From contig NIVC01000166.1 in the NCBI GenBank assembly GCA_002269645.1, positions 124,001 to 188,000 of the forward strand: a stretch of DNA of 64,000 bases, written 5' to 3'. Position numbers and translations under genes: made by a program. Source of the DNA: Macrostomum lignano. Taxonomy: Eukaryota. The notes under the pieces are model-generated. The model did no database searches. It was not told the origin of the DNA and was given only the letters and a program-made list of their open reading frames with translations. Of the stretch, positions 10,892 to 23,789 are shown piece after piece (position 1 is the first letter of the stretch; every line of letters starts with the position of its first letter).

Positions 10892-13800
10892 ATGGCCGAA
10901 GGTTCTGAGCCAGGGTAAGAAATAAAACCAAATTTCACGCTTTTATCGAACTGTTTAAGCCATGTAAAAGTATTATTAATACTTTCAGATTTCAAATTGA
11001 CTTAAATATAACAAACTTGCTTTTGCTTGCGATTCATTTTGGGATGTTCTAGGAATCGCTTTTGCCGCCTCAAAAAGACTATATAGTCCTTGAGCTTGTC
11101 CCAAGTGAATGTTGCATAATCTTCAAGCCCTTGCCAGTATCGATACCGTTGAATTGATCAAATATTGCACCATTTCGTAGGCTCTACGACGAGAAATGGG
11201 ACAAGGTGAAGCTCCTCAGTCGAGGAGAGTTCGGCGAAGAGGTGCACGAGGTGCTCACCGACTTGAAGAATGTCTGCGCCGCTAAAATCATCCGCCTGCC
11301 AGTCACCGAATCGCATCAGGAGTCTAGAGACTCAAAGATCATCGATCGCGTAGTGAAAACAACTCAACAGCTTTGCCGTCTGCGTCACGACAATATCATC
11401 CGTTTCTACGAAATCAAGCACAAGCAGTCGGAGTCAACCGTTGAGGTTCTGATGGAGCTGATCACCGACAAGACACTCGGCGAGTTCATTGGTAGTAAAT
11501 GTCTGCCGGAAAAAGAAGCTAGGATTTTGTTAAAGCAGGTGAGTGATGATATTGAGCACATTGATCGTAGTATAATATCTCGAGATTACTTGCCTACTAC
11601 TGACGGGGGCGCAGGCGCCGCGATTAGGCAGCGAGTCCTCTATCGCAACCTCAAGGTAAAGGAGACCAATGTTTAACTTGAGGGTGCGCCCAGCCCCCGC
11701 CAGTAGTCGACAAGTTTGCAGAGGAGGCATCGGCATCGACGACCCTCATCTCCGGGCCGATATCCCGGACAAAGGCGCGAAGGTCACAGATGTTGTCTGT
11801 CTCCCTGAGAATGCAAATCTCCCTGAGGTCGGTTCTGTTTTTCGAGATCAGATATTCCGAGACTTTCCTGTTTAGATTATAAGCATAACAGAGCGGGTCT
11901 GCCTGTACTCGGCGCAACTGTTACAAAGGAGCTGGTGTTGCTGGTGGAGCAACTCCTGCTAGTATGACGGGTGATTTTCGACCTGGGCATGGGTGTAGCC
12001 TCACCAAAAGGTGGCTGCCGTCAGGGTTGCTGAATACCTTGGCGAGAGAATCCGCGAGCTTGTTACCCAGGATATTGCTGTGACCGGGTGTCCAGGTGAT
12101 TTATTATAGTTTTAAGGACTGAGAGAAATTGAGAACGACTAAAATGACTATTGTAGTCTATAAAAACTGATAAACTACGAGTACGAACTTCTTAACGAAT
12201 TAAAAAGAATATGAAGACTTCCAAGACTTCGAAGCCTTGTATCTTCTTATTTACCACAGCTAACTGCTATGCACTCTTCTAACCTAAAAAAACCTTGCAT
12301 CGTCGCGCTTTGTAGGTCTGCGACGCTCTCCGCTATTTGCATTCGGAGACGCCCGACAAGCCGTGCGTTATTCACAGGCAGATCAACCCCAGCACCATTG
12401 TGGTGTCGGCTGATGGGCTCAGGGCTAAGCTAACTGACTTCGGATTGGCCATCCTGCTGGTCAGCGCCAAGGCGCATCACCTCTCTGTGCTACGCGGCGA
12501 CACGCACTACATGGCTCCCGAGCTGTTTCTGACCAAAGAGACCGAGGAAACGCTTTACAGCTGCGCCTCGGACATCTGGGCGTTTGGCTGCCTGCTCTAC
12601 CGCATGACGGCTGGCAAGAGGCCGCACAGCGACTGCAAGAACATGCTCACTATTGGGCGTCGGATTCAAAATGAAGGCGCGCCGCCGCTCCCCAAAGAGT
12701 GCTCCAGGGTGATGCAGGACTTCTATGCCAAGTGCACAGCTCACGATAGAAAATACAGAGAGACTGCGGCGCAGTTGATGGAGCACGCGTTTATTGTAAA
12801 AGGTAAGCGTGTGAAAGCAAACGACTGTTGCTAATTTGCTCAGCAGCTCGGCGGTAAACGCGTTTAGCTGTCCCGTCAAAGACCTTTTGAGTGTGAGTCA
12901 TATAGCTATTTAATACGGACAAAATTTTCAATGAAAATTCGACAGACCAAAAAGAATATTTTTTGTGCAGAAAACCTTTAAAATTAGAAAAAAACTACAG
13001 AAAAATTTAAGAAAATCAAACATTATTCAAGTAGTACTACTTAGCAGTAGCTAGACATTCGCTTAGAATAAATGTTTACTTAGTAAATTTAAATTAACTT
13101 TAGCTGCCAATTTTTTCGTTTTTAGAGCTGTCTGAATTCAAACTTTTGACTGAGGACGAAGTCCGTGGCACGAAAGATGACTCGTGAGTACTCAAAGGTA
13201 TTTTTATAAAAAGATTATGTGATAAAAGAATTGATAAGTTTTAAGTTAGGGGCTTCTATAAGCAAACGTTCTCGTGTTTTCGAAGTTCTCTTTGCAATAT
13301 GGGTGTTACAAAATGCGTTACTTCAGTCAAACTGCAGTGCAGCACTTCAAAGCCAGGCCGATACGGGGTTGCTGTCTGGTGATTGCTATTCAGCAGTACG
13401 ACGAAGCTGTCCAGTTAAGTACGTGCCCAGGGGTGCAAGAAGACGCTGACAGGATTGAGCGCGTCTTTCAATCACTGAAATTTCAAGTGGAACGCCTTGA
13501 AGACACTAACAGTGTTGACATTTGGCGAGCCCTGCAAGCCCTCGGCAGCTTCAGTAAGTGGCAACAACTCGACAGTTTTGTGTGTTTCATCATTGGATGC
13601 GGATCGAATGACATCATCTACGCTAGTGATGGGGAGGAGATCGAAATCAAGGAGATTGTGACCAGCTTTCGGGCTAGCCGATGCCCAGCTCTGAGGGGCA
13701 AGCCAAAACTGTTCTTTGTGCAGACGCACCGGGATTGTGCGGAATCAGAAGCGTCTTCTCTGCAGCTTCGAGAGGCAGACTTCCTTGTGTGTCGCTCTGT

Positions 13801-16261
13801 CGTTAGACAGAGTGAGAGAACATTTGTGCAAGCCCTATGCGACGTCATCGAGGACACTCATAATCTGGCCGAGGATGTTGAAGCCCTGATCGATATGGCC
13901 AACTCGAAGGCCTTAGGAAAGCTCAATAAGATTTCGAGTCTCAATAAAAAACTGATGCTACATCCTGAGCCCGAAACATCTATGTAAGTTTATTGAGGTA
14001 TTTTTGCAGTCGAATAATTTTATCGCATTTCAAATCATTTTTCACGGCTCGTGAGCGGCTTCATGAAATAGTAGTTCTGCCAACGTTCTAAAAAGAATCT
14101 GTTCCTCTAGCATTCCTTTAGATAGGGAAGCGTTCGAAATTGCTGAAGTAAAATGCGCACATCATAATTTTGGAGAGAGACTATTGATGGACAGGAAGGT
14201 AACTCACAGGTTTTGTTTAACTAGAATTCACTAGCCTGATTTCAAAAATTTTAGGGACGCGTCTCCAAGCAAATGGTCCGATGAACAGCTTTCTGAGCTG
14301 TGCAACTCGTTAGGAAACCAGGAGAGAAGATTCGGGCCACTGAACCAGACTTTGCTCATGATTGCATCGGCTAAAGGCAAGGAAGAACTCGTGAGCCATC
14401 TTCTGAAGCAGGGACATCGACCAATTATCGATCTCGTCAGGGCCCAGGATGTTCAGATGCGGACTGCAATCGCCTGTGCTGCCATTCAAGGACACGAAAA
14501 TGTTCTCCTAGCTTTCACAAAGGCATTTGAGAACAATTCGGGCAATCTGGAAGCAGAAGTGAATAGACCCGACAGCCTGGGACAGACGCCTCTCATTCTA
14601 GCCGCCAGAAATCGTAGAAATTCAGCTCTGGAACAGCTTGTCCAGATGGGCTCCAAGTTGAACCATCAGGTAAGAACACAACCGGATGTTTTAAAATGGC
14701 TACCAAAGCTTACGCTCGTACACAAGCTTTACAAAAAATTACCAGCGCAAGTTTCTTTCATCCGCAGGACTCTATGGAGTACACAGCTGTTGCCTATGCA
14801 GCCATGGAGGGATTTGATGACACGGTTCGCATTCTGTGCAAACTGGGAGCCGATCCGAAGTTGCCAGACTTCCTAAAAAACACTCCTCTCATCTGGGCTG
14901 CTCGTGGTGGTCATAAAAATGTCATTGAAGCTCTACGCGGCCATTTGAGCTGCTCAACCGACGAGGATCACTGGCGAGCGAAGGGGGAGGAAGATATGGA
15001 TGCACTGGAGTGGGCTAAGCTGTGTGGGCACTACCAGTGTGGCAGCTTCATTCAGGAAGCGTAAGCATTCGCTTTTACTACAGTCTGGGTTTGCTTTTAC
15101 CAGGATTATTTCAGGTGATTGTGCGAACATCGTAATTTTGCTATTCTCGCAGAAGAAAAGTAAACTTTTATATGTTATTGAGCTATTTCACCAGTGTGTG
15201 GGAAGCTTTATCATATACATGTAAATACGAGTAGATACTTGAATTTTCAATGTAACAAGCTTTTGATTCAACAATTGAGAGTTTAAATAAACCAGCAGTG
15301 CGTTGAATTTGCTCAACATTCGTCTATTCGCAGAATCCGATCGCTTGCTTCACCAACGGGCCCAGCAACAACTCCATCCACCGAGAGCTCAGGTGACAAT
15401 GACTCCGGCGGTTCACCGCCAGGCGGTGCTGCGGGGGGTGGTTTGTCCAATCAGTCCACGACAAGACCCGGCGGATCCGCTGGCGATCCCCCTGAGGGGC
15501 CTAGGACAGGCAGGTCTACGACTCCACCGTATCCCATAAGCGGCACGCGAAGACGACTGGCCAAAATCATTAATATTGTCGACTTTGTGCACGGCTGTGG
15601 CATACAACGGCGAGACGGCTCAATGAACGAAATGACAGAGCACCATCTCTACAGGTGCTTCACTCGTCTTGGATTTGAAATCAAGCAGTATCTCAATGTT
15701 GGGAGTATTTTTTTCGAAAATCTTCTGACAGTAGACTACACTGAGGAGGACTACAATAATGCAGATGCGTTTCTACTGTGCATAATGTCTCACGGCGAGC
15801 AGGGTTACATCTTCGCTTACGACGGAGTTCGAATTCTTCTAGAGAACGTGTTTAGACAGTTTCGTCAGTGCCCAGGCTTGCGCAAAAAACCGAAGATTTT
15901 CATCGTACAGGCCTGCCGCGGTCTGGAATCGGACAGATTCACGGCCAGGCAGCCCGGCCAGTTCAACAATGGAGCGCACGAGGACTGCCTGTGCGTCTAC
16001 AGCACTTACAAACGGAACGTCAGCTTTCGCGACAGTAGGCGTGGCGGCTATTTTACCAGAGCACTGAAGGATGTCATACTGACAGATTTCGATCGGAACT
16101 CAGATGACCTGCGGTCTGCGTTCACAAAAGTAGTTGATAAGGTGGCTTCTGAGACCAATACTCAGCAGATTCCAGTGTACCAGTCAACTCTGAGACAGCC
16201 GCTTCGCTTGCCACCGAAAGGGGTGTCTACCACTGCAACACAGAGCTCAGACCGCTATTGA
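10892..16261 (+). CDS. Pseudokinase / inactive caspase-like / ankyrin x6 / caspase multidomain protein, paralog B (~1072 aa, 8 exons)
   Basis: Hand-derived exons: 10892-10914, 11181-11538, 12316-12802, 13126-13183, 13327-13983, 14255-14669, 14768-15060, 15334-16261. The sum is 3219 nt, open frame, same phases as paralog A. Motifs: HRQINPST/DFG/APE; GCG + QTHRD; ankyrins; SHG + QACRG. Confidence 0.85.
11680..12096 (-). mobile_element. Degenerate 3' fragment of an RNase H-bearing non-LTR retrotransposon in intron 2 of paralog B
   Basis: The minus strand translates WTPGHSNILGNKLADSLAK (RNase H C-terminal motif), followed by frameshifted sequence resembling the C-terminus of the 19.6-kb element. 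Confidence 0.7.
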
Positions 16262-17539
16262 TCTGCATGCGAACAGTGCTTCCAGAATGTTCCTATTTAT
16301 TATGCAACTATATCCAGTACCTATACTGGTAATGAAATCAGGATATGAAAAATGCCATATATCCTTCTTTTCATTTTTAAAGTTACAGCAAATTTAAAAC
16401 TTTTGGGTCGCGTGAATCGATTCAGAGACTATACTTACTCGTACTTGGAAGCACTGGTTATTCTGTTTGAACAAATGTACCCTTTTTACACTATGAATAA
16501 TGTTTAATTATCAATTGGCAAATGTATCAAGCAAGATTTTTAACTGTGCTCAAACTCTAGAAATGAAAATCAGAGTTCAGTAATATAAATATCATCTCAG
16601 TTTGGCTTTGCCAGTAATCATATATATATTTACCTAATCACTGCCAAGTGACAACATTAAACCCTGTTAAAGTATCAAAAGCTTAAAAGCGATTTTTTGT
16701 TTTTTTTCAAATAAAACGTTTTCTACAAAGTGCCGCCCACAACAGATTACACGTTAATCATTTCAAGGATCAATTGGACCAGAGAGCTTCAGGAGTTAGG
16801 AATATCTGGAACTAACCGCGGTTCCATCACCAAATCTTCCAATCTTCATGTTCAATGTTACTATGTCCCGACTAGTATTTGAACTCTTGAATTTATGACA
16901 AAATATTTATTCGGTGAATTATAGTTTCTTGCTTCTATACTGTAATAACTGAAGATTCATCTAGTCTAGATATGAGAATGTGCCACTGCTCGAGCAGTTT
17001 ACATATTTATCTTCAGCTTGAAGCATACATCTGCCTCACTATAGCCTCACTATAGTAAGACGGTAAACATGAGAGATTTTCATCACTATTCTGAAGCTCC
17101 CAGTCGAATATCTTTCCTAAGAGCGTGAACGATTACACGAGCGTACTGTCAACGGCAATAGTGAGACAGACTTTGGTCAAAGAAGAAGCAGAACTTTACT
17201 GGGGACAGCTGACATGCAAATAATCCAGGGCTGAGATTGTTAGCCATATGGTATTAATATTAATAATAAGATAGATGAATTATTCGAGTAAAAGAAGCTT
17301 GGCCACCTCGTGTACTTTAGCCAAGACTATAGATTATTCCTTGCCGAAAATCGATCGCAAAAACTGTAATAACTCACGCGAACTCCACTGGTTAAGCTAG
17401 AACCTCATAAGAAAACTTAAGCGACTGATAGTCAGCGCACGCGTATAAATATTTAATAAGCACGACATAAAAAAGTACACGATACGCTCGTACATGTACA
17501 TGCGAGGACGAACAATCAATGACGTGCATACACTTATAA

Positions 17540-17675
17540 CGGCTCATTCACACTGCCATCAAACTAGCCACCAAATCACACGACCAATGTACGAGTACAA
17601 AGGAATCATATTTGATGTACAAATTTTGTGGTCACACATAATTTGGTCTTATTTTATGGCAGTGTGAACAAGCCT
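17540..17675. mobile_element. PIF/Harbinger-like MITE
   Basis: TIRs GGCTCATTCACACTGCCAT / ATGGCAGTGTGAACAAGCC, with TAA on both flanks (17537-39, 17676-78). Confidence 0.7.
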
Positions 17676-18199
17676 TAAGCAATAACCGACGTGCCCACGC
17701 AACCCCTTACGCCAAAGCAGCCCCAGACTAGTCTAGTGGCACTCTGCTACAAAAACAAGTCTGCAGACATCAACAGCTACACCTGTTCTGAAAAAAAGAC
17801 ATGGAAAAGATAAAAGCCTTTCGCGATGCTTTCCCGCCTGCTTCAGGGAAATTTCTCAACAAGCAACAGATTCACATCCTGTTTCCAGACAAAAAACCAA
17901 CCATGAGGAGTGGCCCTTGAATCAAACAGGAGCCTCGGTATTCAATCAATGCATGACTCATGACTCAAGAGCGTCTGCAGCAGAGAAAGCCACTTGAGCA
18001 GCATTTCCACATAAAATTTTCTGTGGAGGGAATTAGTGAAATTCTCATGCATAAAAAACTGCATTCTGATTTTAAGCAAGTCACGATCGATCATTTGTCA
18101 GACCAAAATAATAATTCATACATAGATGCACTCGTGCTTCGTCTGGACACCATGGTGTAAATATTGTGCCAGATAATTTATTTGACAACGGCTTGTATT

Positions 18200-18605
18200 A
18201 ACGACAGCGTCTCTATTAAGTGAAAACCTCTCCATTTAAACAACAGCGTCTCTAAGTGACAATGTCTCCACTCTTTATTTAAATGACAGCGTCTGTATTA
18301 AGTGGCAACGTCTCAATTTAAACGACAGCGTCTTTATTAAGTGACAACGTCTCCATTTAAACGACAGTGTCTGTATTAAGTGGCAACGTCTCCATTTAAA
18401 CGACAGCGTCTTTATTAAGTGACAACGTCTCCATTTAAACGACAGGGTCTTGATTAAGTGACAACGTCTCCATTTAAACGACAGGGTCTTGATTAAGTGA
18501 CAACGTCTCCATTTAAACGACAGGGTCTTGATTAAGTGACAACGTCTCCATTTAAACGACAGCGTCTGTATTAAGTGGCAAAATCTCCATTTAAACGACA
18601 ACGTC
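18200..18605. repeat. 39-bp minisatellite, ~9-10 copies
   Basis: Unit ATTAAGTGACAACGTCTCCATTTAAACGACAG(C/G)GTCTT(T/G); no unique spacers. Confidence 0.9.
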
Positions 18606-19556
18606 CCTACTCAATCTTTGGCGTCATCATTCACGGACAGAGTCCCCATTCAAGAGGTGATGTCCCTATCAAAGAGACGGTGTCACCTGAGTTCGATGCT
18701 GACATTAGTAGTCGGAATGTGCGGTAAAACAGTATAATAGCCAATTTTGCCAATCGAGCCTACGCTCGTATGAGGAAGCAATTTCTTCCTTAGTGGTATA
18801 ATCAAGTGTGGAAATGATTAATTGCTCGTAAGTCTGAGAAATCCATTCTCGTAGTGCATGGTAACACATTTAGTGGTTAAGTAAAGTACGAAATACCAGG
18901 CAGGATTTTGTCGAGCTTGCCTTTTACCAAGGAGTACACAAATAAAGCTTTATAGTTGGTTCAATTTTTTAGCGTTGCACCGAATGTAAAAGTCTGTGCA
19001 TTTCAAACTGCTGAATGACCTTGCATTGAGCTAACGGTAGCATAAGAGCTCATCTTATTATTTATCTATACGTACAGTATTTATATTCCCATTGCGGCCT
19101 CCACATGTACTGTGACCGCTATCCAAATCGCCCATATTTCCCGGCATAATCTTTTGTGTAAAACGCCAAGCAACAAAACTATCAAAATCAGGCTACGAAA
19201 GGCTGTTTCGTTACCGATGTTGGATTTGAACATGATTTGCTGGAAGCGTGTATTGCAGCAAGCTTGTAAATATTAAAGATAACGATTTTAAAAAGAATAA
19301 TAAAGGTGCCACTACGTATAGAAAGACGTGGGAAGTTAAAATGGTAAGATTATTTTTTTAATTTTTAATTTCAAAGTCTGTTTAGGCCGTGACAAACAAA
19401 AGTGCAATCGGAATAGTTACTACCTGGTTTGAATCGTTGCTTTTGGTTCGACAAGGAATAGATGCTAGGATATACATTTTAAAGCATTGTTAATCACTAA
19501 CCCTTATTAACAGTACAAGCAAGTGGCGATAGTAGAACCAGATATCGGGCTTTGAA

Positions 19557-22532
19557 CTTGATTTACTTAACTTAGCTGCAGGGCGGTCCGAAGACGCAGC
19601 GGGGAGGCGAGCGTCGCCCATTCCGCTAATCCCTGAAAGACCCGCATAGGCTAGGGCGCGGGGCCGGTCAGGGAGGTCTGCCGGTCCTGTCTGCAGCGTT
19701 GTCTTCGGTGGGGAAGACGGAGGCTCGCTTGGTGGCCCGGAGGAACCGGATGAGCCGTGGGATGTTCTCGGGCCGGCAAACGTCGTCCAGGGACGGGTTG
19801 GGCTCGAGGTGGTTGAGCCGGTCTCGGTTGAAGGCCGGGCAGTAGCAGACGAAGTGCTTGGCGTCTTCGTTCTCGAGGTTGCAGAAAGGGCAGAGTTCGC
19901 TCCGGCGGGAACTTCGGAGGAAACAGTGCCTGGCAAAGCAACCGTGACCTGTGAAGGTCATAGTGAGAGCGCGGATATCTTTTCGATTTTGGTTCAAAAG
20001 GATTCTCCGCAGCTTGAGGGACGGATTGGGCACTGCCGCACGGGATTGGCGGCAGTTGGAGATACCATCCCATCTGCGCAAGTGCAGGATGTCCGCCCAG
20101 TCGTTAATCTGACGATTAATGACAGTGGCGGGGATGGGGGCCAGGGGCACGGGGCCAAGGGGCGAGCCGGAACAGCCTGCCTTAGCGAGGGAGTCGGCGA
20201 GCTCGTTACCTTTGAAGCCGGCGTGTCCTGGGATCCACGTAAGCCGGACGGTGTTCCTCCGAGCCAGCTTGTTGAGCTGCCCGATACAGTCGCGGACTGT
20301 TCGGGAGTTCGTAGTGGTGTGAGACAGGGCCTGCAAAGCGGCCTGACTGTCAGAGTGGAAGAGAATTCTTCTGTCCTTGAAGTCCCTGCAGTGGAGCTCA
20401 GCTGCGCAGGAGCTGATGGCAAGGACTTCGTTCTGGAAGACGCTGGAGAGTCTGCCAGTGTGTTGGGCGTGAGTAGCGATCACGCGGCCGTTGATAAGGA
20501 TACAGACTCCAAAGCCGGATAAACCGTCTTTGGAGGATCCGTCAGTAAAGCAGTGAACCTCCTGAGGGGCCCAGCTGTCGTTGGCGTTCTCCCTAGAGGG
20601 GATAGTGACCTTGAAGCGTTGGTAGAGATTGAGGGAGCGCGGCTCAGCGTCCGAAAGGACAGCCGCATTCCCACTCTCCTCCAGAACTTTAAGGCTCAGG
20701 TCAGAGTGCGGCAGGAGCTTGTGCCTCGCCATCGCTCTTTGTGGCTTGAAGCTAACGCCGGCCTCGATGAGCCGGCGGGTGGTTTTAGCAGCCTCGCGAC
20801 GGACAAAGATGTCCAGAGGCGGGAGGCAAAGAAAGGCGTTGAGGCCGTCAAAGGGAGCAGAGAGCGGGACATTCAGGATCATGCGGCACGCGCGTCCCTG
20901 CACCTTTTTGAGGGCTTCGTGGCAGGTTTTAATCTGCAAGGCGCTGGTCCAGACCAGGCCGGCGTAAGTGACGGCCGGTCGGACCATTGCGGTATAGATC
21001 CACCAGAGCCGCTTCGGGGTGAGGCCCCAGGTGGTGCCGACGGCTCTGCGCAGCTGCGCAAGAATCGCAAGGGCTTTTTTGGTTTTGGCCTGGACGTGGG
21101 TGGACCAGCTCAGCCGGTGGTCCAGCGTAACGCCGAGACACTTGGTTTGCTTGCAGGATGGGATTTCCACCCCGTAAAGCTTTAGTGGGCGAATACGCCA
21201 GTTAACCCTGCTGGTGAACATGATCGCGACAGTTTTGGTCTCAGAGAGCCTGAGGCCGCACCTGTCCGCCCATTGTTCAGCAGAGCGAATAAAGTTTTGC
21301 AGAAGGTCCCTAAGGGTTTCAGGTGACGGACCGGATGCCACGGCTGTGACATCATCGGCGTAACCGACCTTGAGGATGGGGTCAAGATGGCTGTCCTGGA
21401 GGAGCTCATCGATGACCATGTTCCAGAGGACTGGAGAGAGGACACCGCCCTGGGGGCTGCCTTTGCAGACGGTTACCGTCCGTTGGTGGCCCAGCAGGTG
21501 TGCGGTGGCAGTACGGTGGCTGATCATATACATGATCCACCGGGTGAGGTGCGAGTGGGTTCCTCTAGCACGTAGAGCTCTGTCGAAAGCCTCAAAGAGG
21601 ACATTATCGAAGGCTCCAACAATGTCGAGGAAGACAGCGAGAGCGTAGCCATAGCCAAGAACGGCTTTCTCCAGCACGTCGACCAAGACATGAAGCGCGC
21701 TCTCCGTGGACCTGCCTGCCCGAAAGGCGTGCTGGTTCTCACTGAGCGGCTTGTTCTTCAGTTCCACAGAGAGGAGGCGCCAGAGCACCAGTCTCTCTAA
21801 CAGCTTCACCAGTGAGGAGGTGAGGCTAATTGGTCTGAAGGATTTAATGGACCGGTAGTCCGGTCGGCCGGGCTTGGGGATAAAAACCACCTTGGCCTCG
21901 GTCCAGGGTTTCGGAACAAAGCCGAGAGCAATGCAAGCTTTCAGAAGCCGGCAAAGGTTCCGCAGGAAACCGGTTCATTTCACCGCCTCCCGCAGGAAGG
22001 CTGGCACAACGCCGTCCGGTCCTGGGGATTTGAAGGGTTTGAAGGAGGAGACTGCTTTAGTAACGCGGTCCTCCGTGATGATTGAGTCAGCCAGTACGTG
22101 ACCGCCCACTGAGTGGTCAGGGGGGTCGGTCCTGGCTGGCTCGTTCGGGAAAAACGCTGTTAGCATCGCTTCCAGTGTTTCTCCTGGGTTCTCAGTGAGC
22201 GAGCCGTCGGCTCTCTTGACTGAGGAGAGTTTGGACATTTTGTCCAGGGTGAGGGCTTTAACGATTCTGGAGGTGGGGCGGGAGCCCTCAAGTTCCTCAC
22301 AGTATTCGCGCCACTTGTTGGTTTTGGCGTTCCTAACCTGCCTCTTGAACTCGTGGATAGAGTTCAGGTAGGCGGTTTGGTCGGCCGGGTTTTTAGTTTT
22401 TTGGGCCCTGCGGTGAAGCCTTTTGGCTCTGCGACGGAGGTCGCCAAGCTGCGGGTTCCACCATGGGGCCGACTGTTTGCCTTTATATGCCTTTAGTGGG
22501 CATAAGGCTTCGAAGGCAGCAGTGAGCGAGTC
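19557..22532 (-). mobile_element. 5'-truncated non-LTR retrotransposon (I/Loa-like group: RT + RNase H + C-terminal Cys/His finger)
   Basis: 11-bp TSD CGGGCTTTGAA (19546-19556, 22533-22543). Motifs PQGGVLSP, YADD, FTDGS, WIPGH..GNE.AD and CPFC…H…C. Confidence 0.9.
19668..22532 (-). pseudogene. ORF2 (RT-RNase H) with a single in-frame TGA at 21977-21975 and no endonuclease domain
   Basis: ORFs 21975-22652 and 19668-21890 are in the same frame, separated by one stop. Sequence beyond 22532 is flank. Confidence 0.85.
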
Positions 22533-23789
22533 CGGGCTTTGAAACCTGAGTAGTAAAACTAGCTTGCAATTAAAAATACAAGGTTCATCACAAAGTTCTC
22601 TGTATTGGACTGTAACTCTCGACCAGTTAAAGGTATTGCATTGAAACTTCACACAAGACTGATTTCACATCATTTCAGCCTGTTCATAAAATTACATCAA
22701 CCGCATTGAGCACATTGCATAATTTTACAGTACAAGTTATGCACCGACTAACCGTTTTCCTTAACACCCATTATTCTGTTGAGCCTTTTAAACTTGGGGT
22801 CTTAACAGAGGTATCAGTCAATTTCGAGAATCAATTCAATATTTAACTTTAATCGCATGTTTTAATTACTCGTACAAGACAAAATAAGTTGAACCAGAAA
22901 AGTAAACTTGTTGTCTCGAGACCTGACCGCGACTACGAGCGTAACATAAAAATTAGCAGTTTGTTAAAATCAATGGTTTCAATATACGACAATTGATAAT
23001 AAATTTCTATTTTATTGGCCTTTCACGCTCAAGCCTCGCAATTCTAACTGTTAACTATCTGCATGCAAGCTGCCACAAGAAGTGCATCTTGAGCAGACCC
23101 CAATCGAATTAGTTGGAGCTCATACTTTGTCAAGTCTTGGTGCGTAGACGTTAATACAATATGCAAACAGACTTTCTAACTTGATCGCAAGTCCGAAGCC
23201 TAATGATTGGATTGTATACTTTGCCCAGTGTCCTGAGCTAGACTGTGAGTATTAACTACAGTACAAAGCAAATGCATTGTGTAAACAAGGCTGATTGGCA
23301 AGTGCTCATGTATTTCTCTGTATTTATGCGGCGTACGTAGAGACACAAAAAAGTTTGCAGTCTACACAGGCCCTGCAATCAACTTAAGTTTATAAAGTGT
23401 AGAATTTAAGACAGATGTATTGACAGTAGCCTTCACCAGCAACTGAAGCTACAATATTCTGAAGCTGAGGTAAGAACTCGCATACAGCGTTTATAGCTGC
23501 TTTCCCGTTTTCATATTTAGTACCGAGTTCATTTTAGTACGAGTATGCGGTAGCTTCACACGAAAATTTTCGACTGTCAGAGTGCAAAATTAAAAAAAAC
23601 AGGAGATTCTAAATCGAAAAACAAGGCAATCGAGCGCAAAACTCCTCAAATTTCACGTCATCACTTGACGGTGGCTGAAGAGGATATAGCTCGAATGTGG
23701 AATTAAAAATTAAGCCTGATTAAAAACCAACATAAAATACCTGCTATTTCCAGACAAATATGACATAACCTACCACATGAAATTTCAGA

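Noticed and set aside
4325-16261. Reading the kinase, caspase and ankyrin ORFs as about 12 independent genes
   Set aside because: Each ORF end has a canonical donor just before its stop, and intron phases match across both paralogs, giving two continuous frames.
18200-18605. CRISPR-like array
   Set aside because: The 39-bp units are contiguous with no unique spacers, there are no cas genes, and the context is eukaryotic.
19490-22101. Numerous secondary and antisense ORFs over the non-LTR element (and over Gypsy pol, 53632-58600)
   Set aside because: Shadow frames of GC-rich coding sequence without recognisable motifs.
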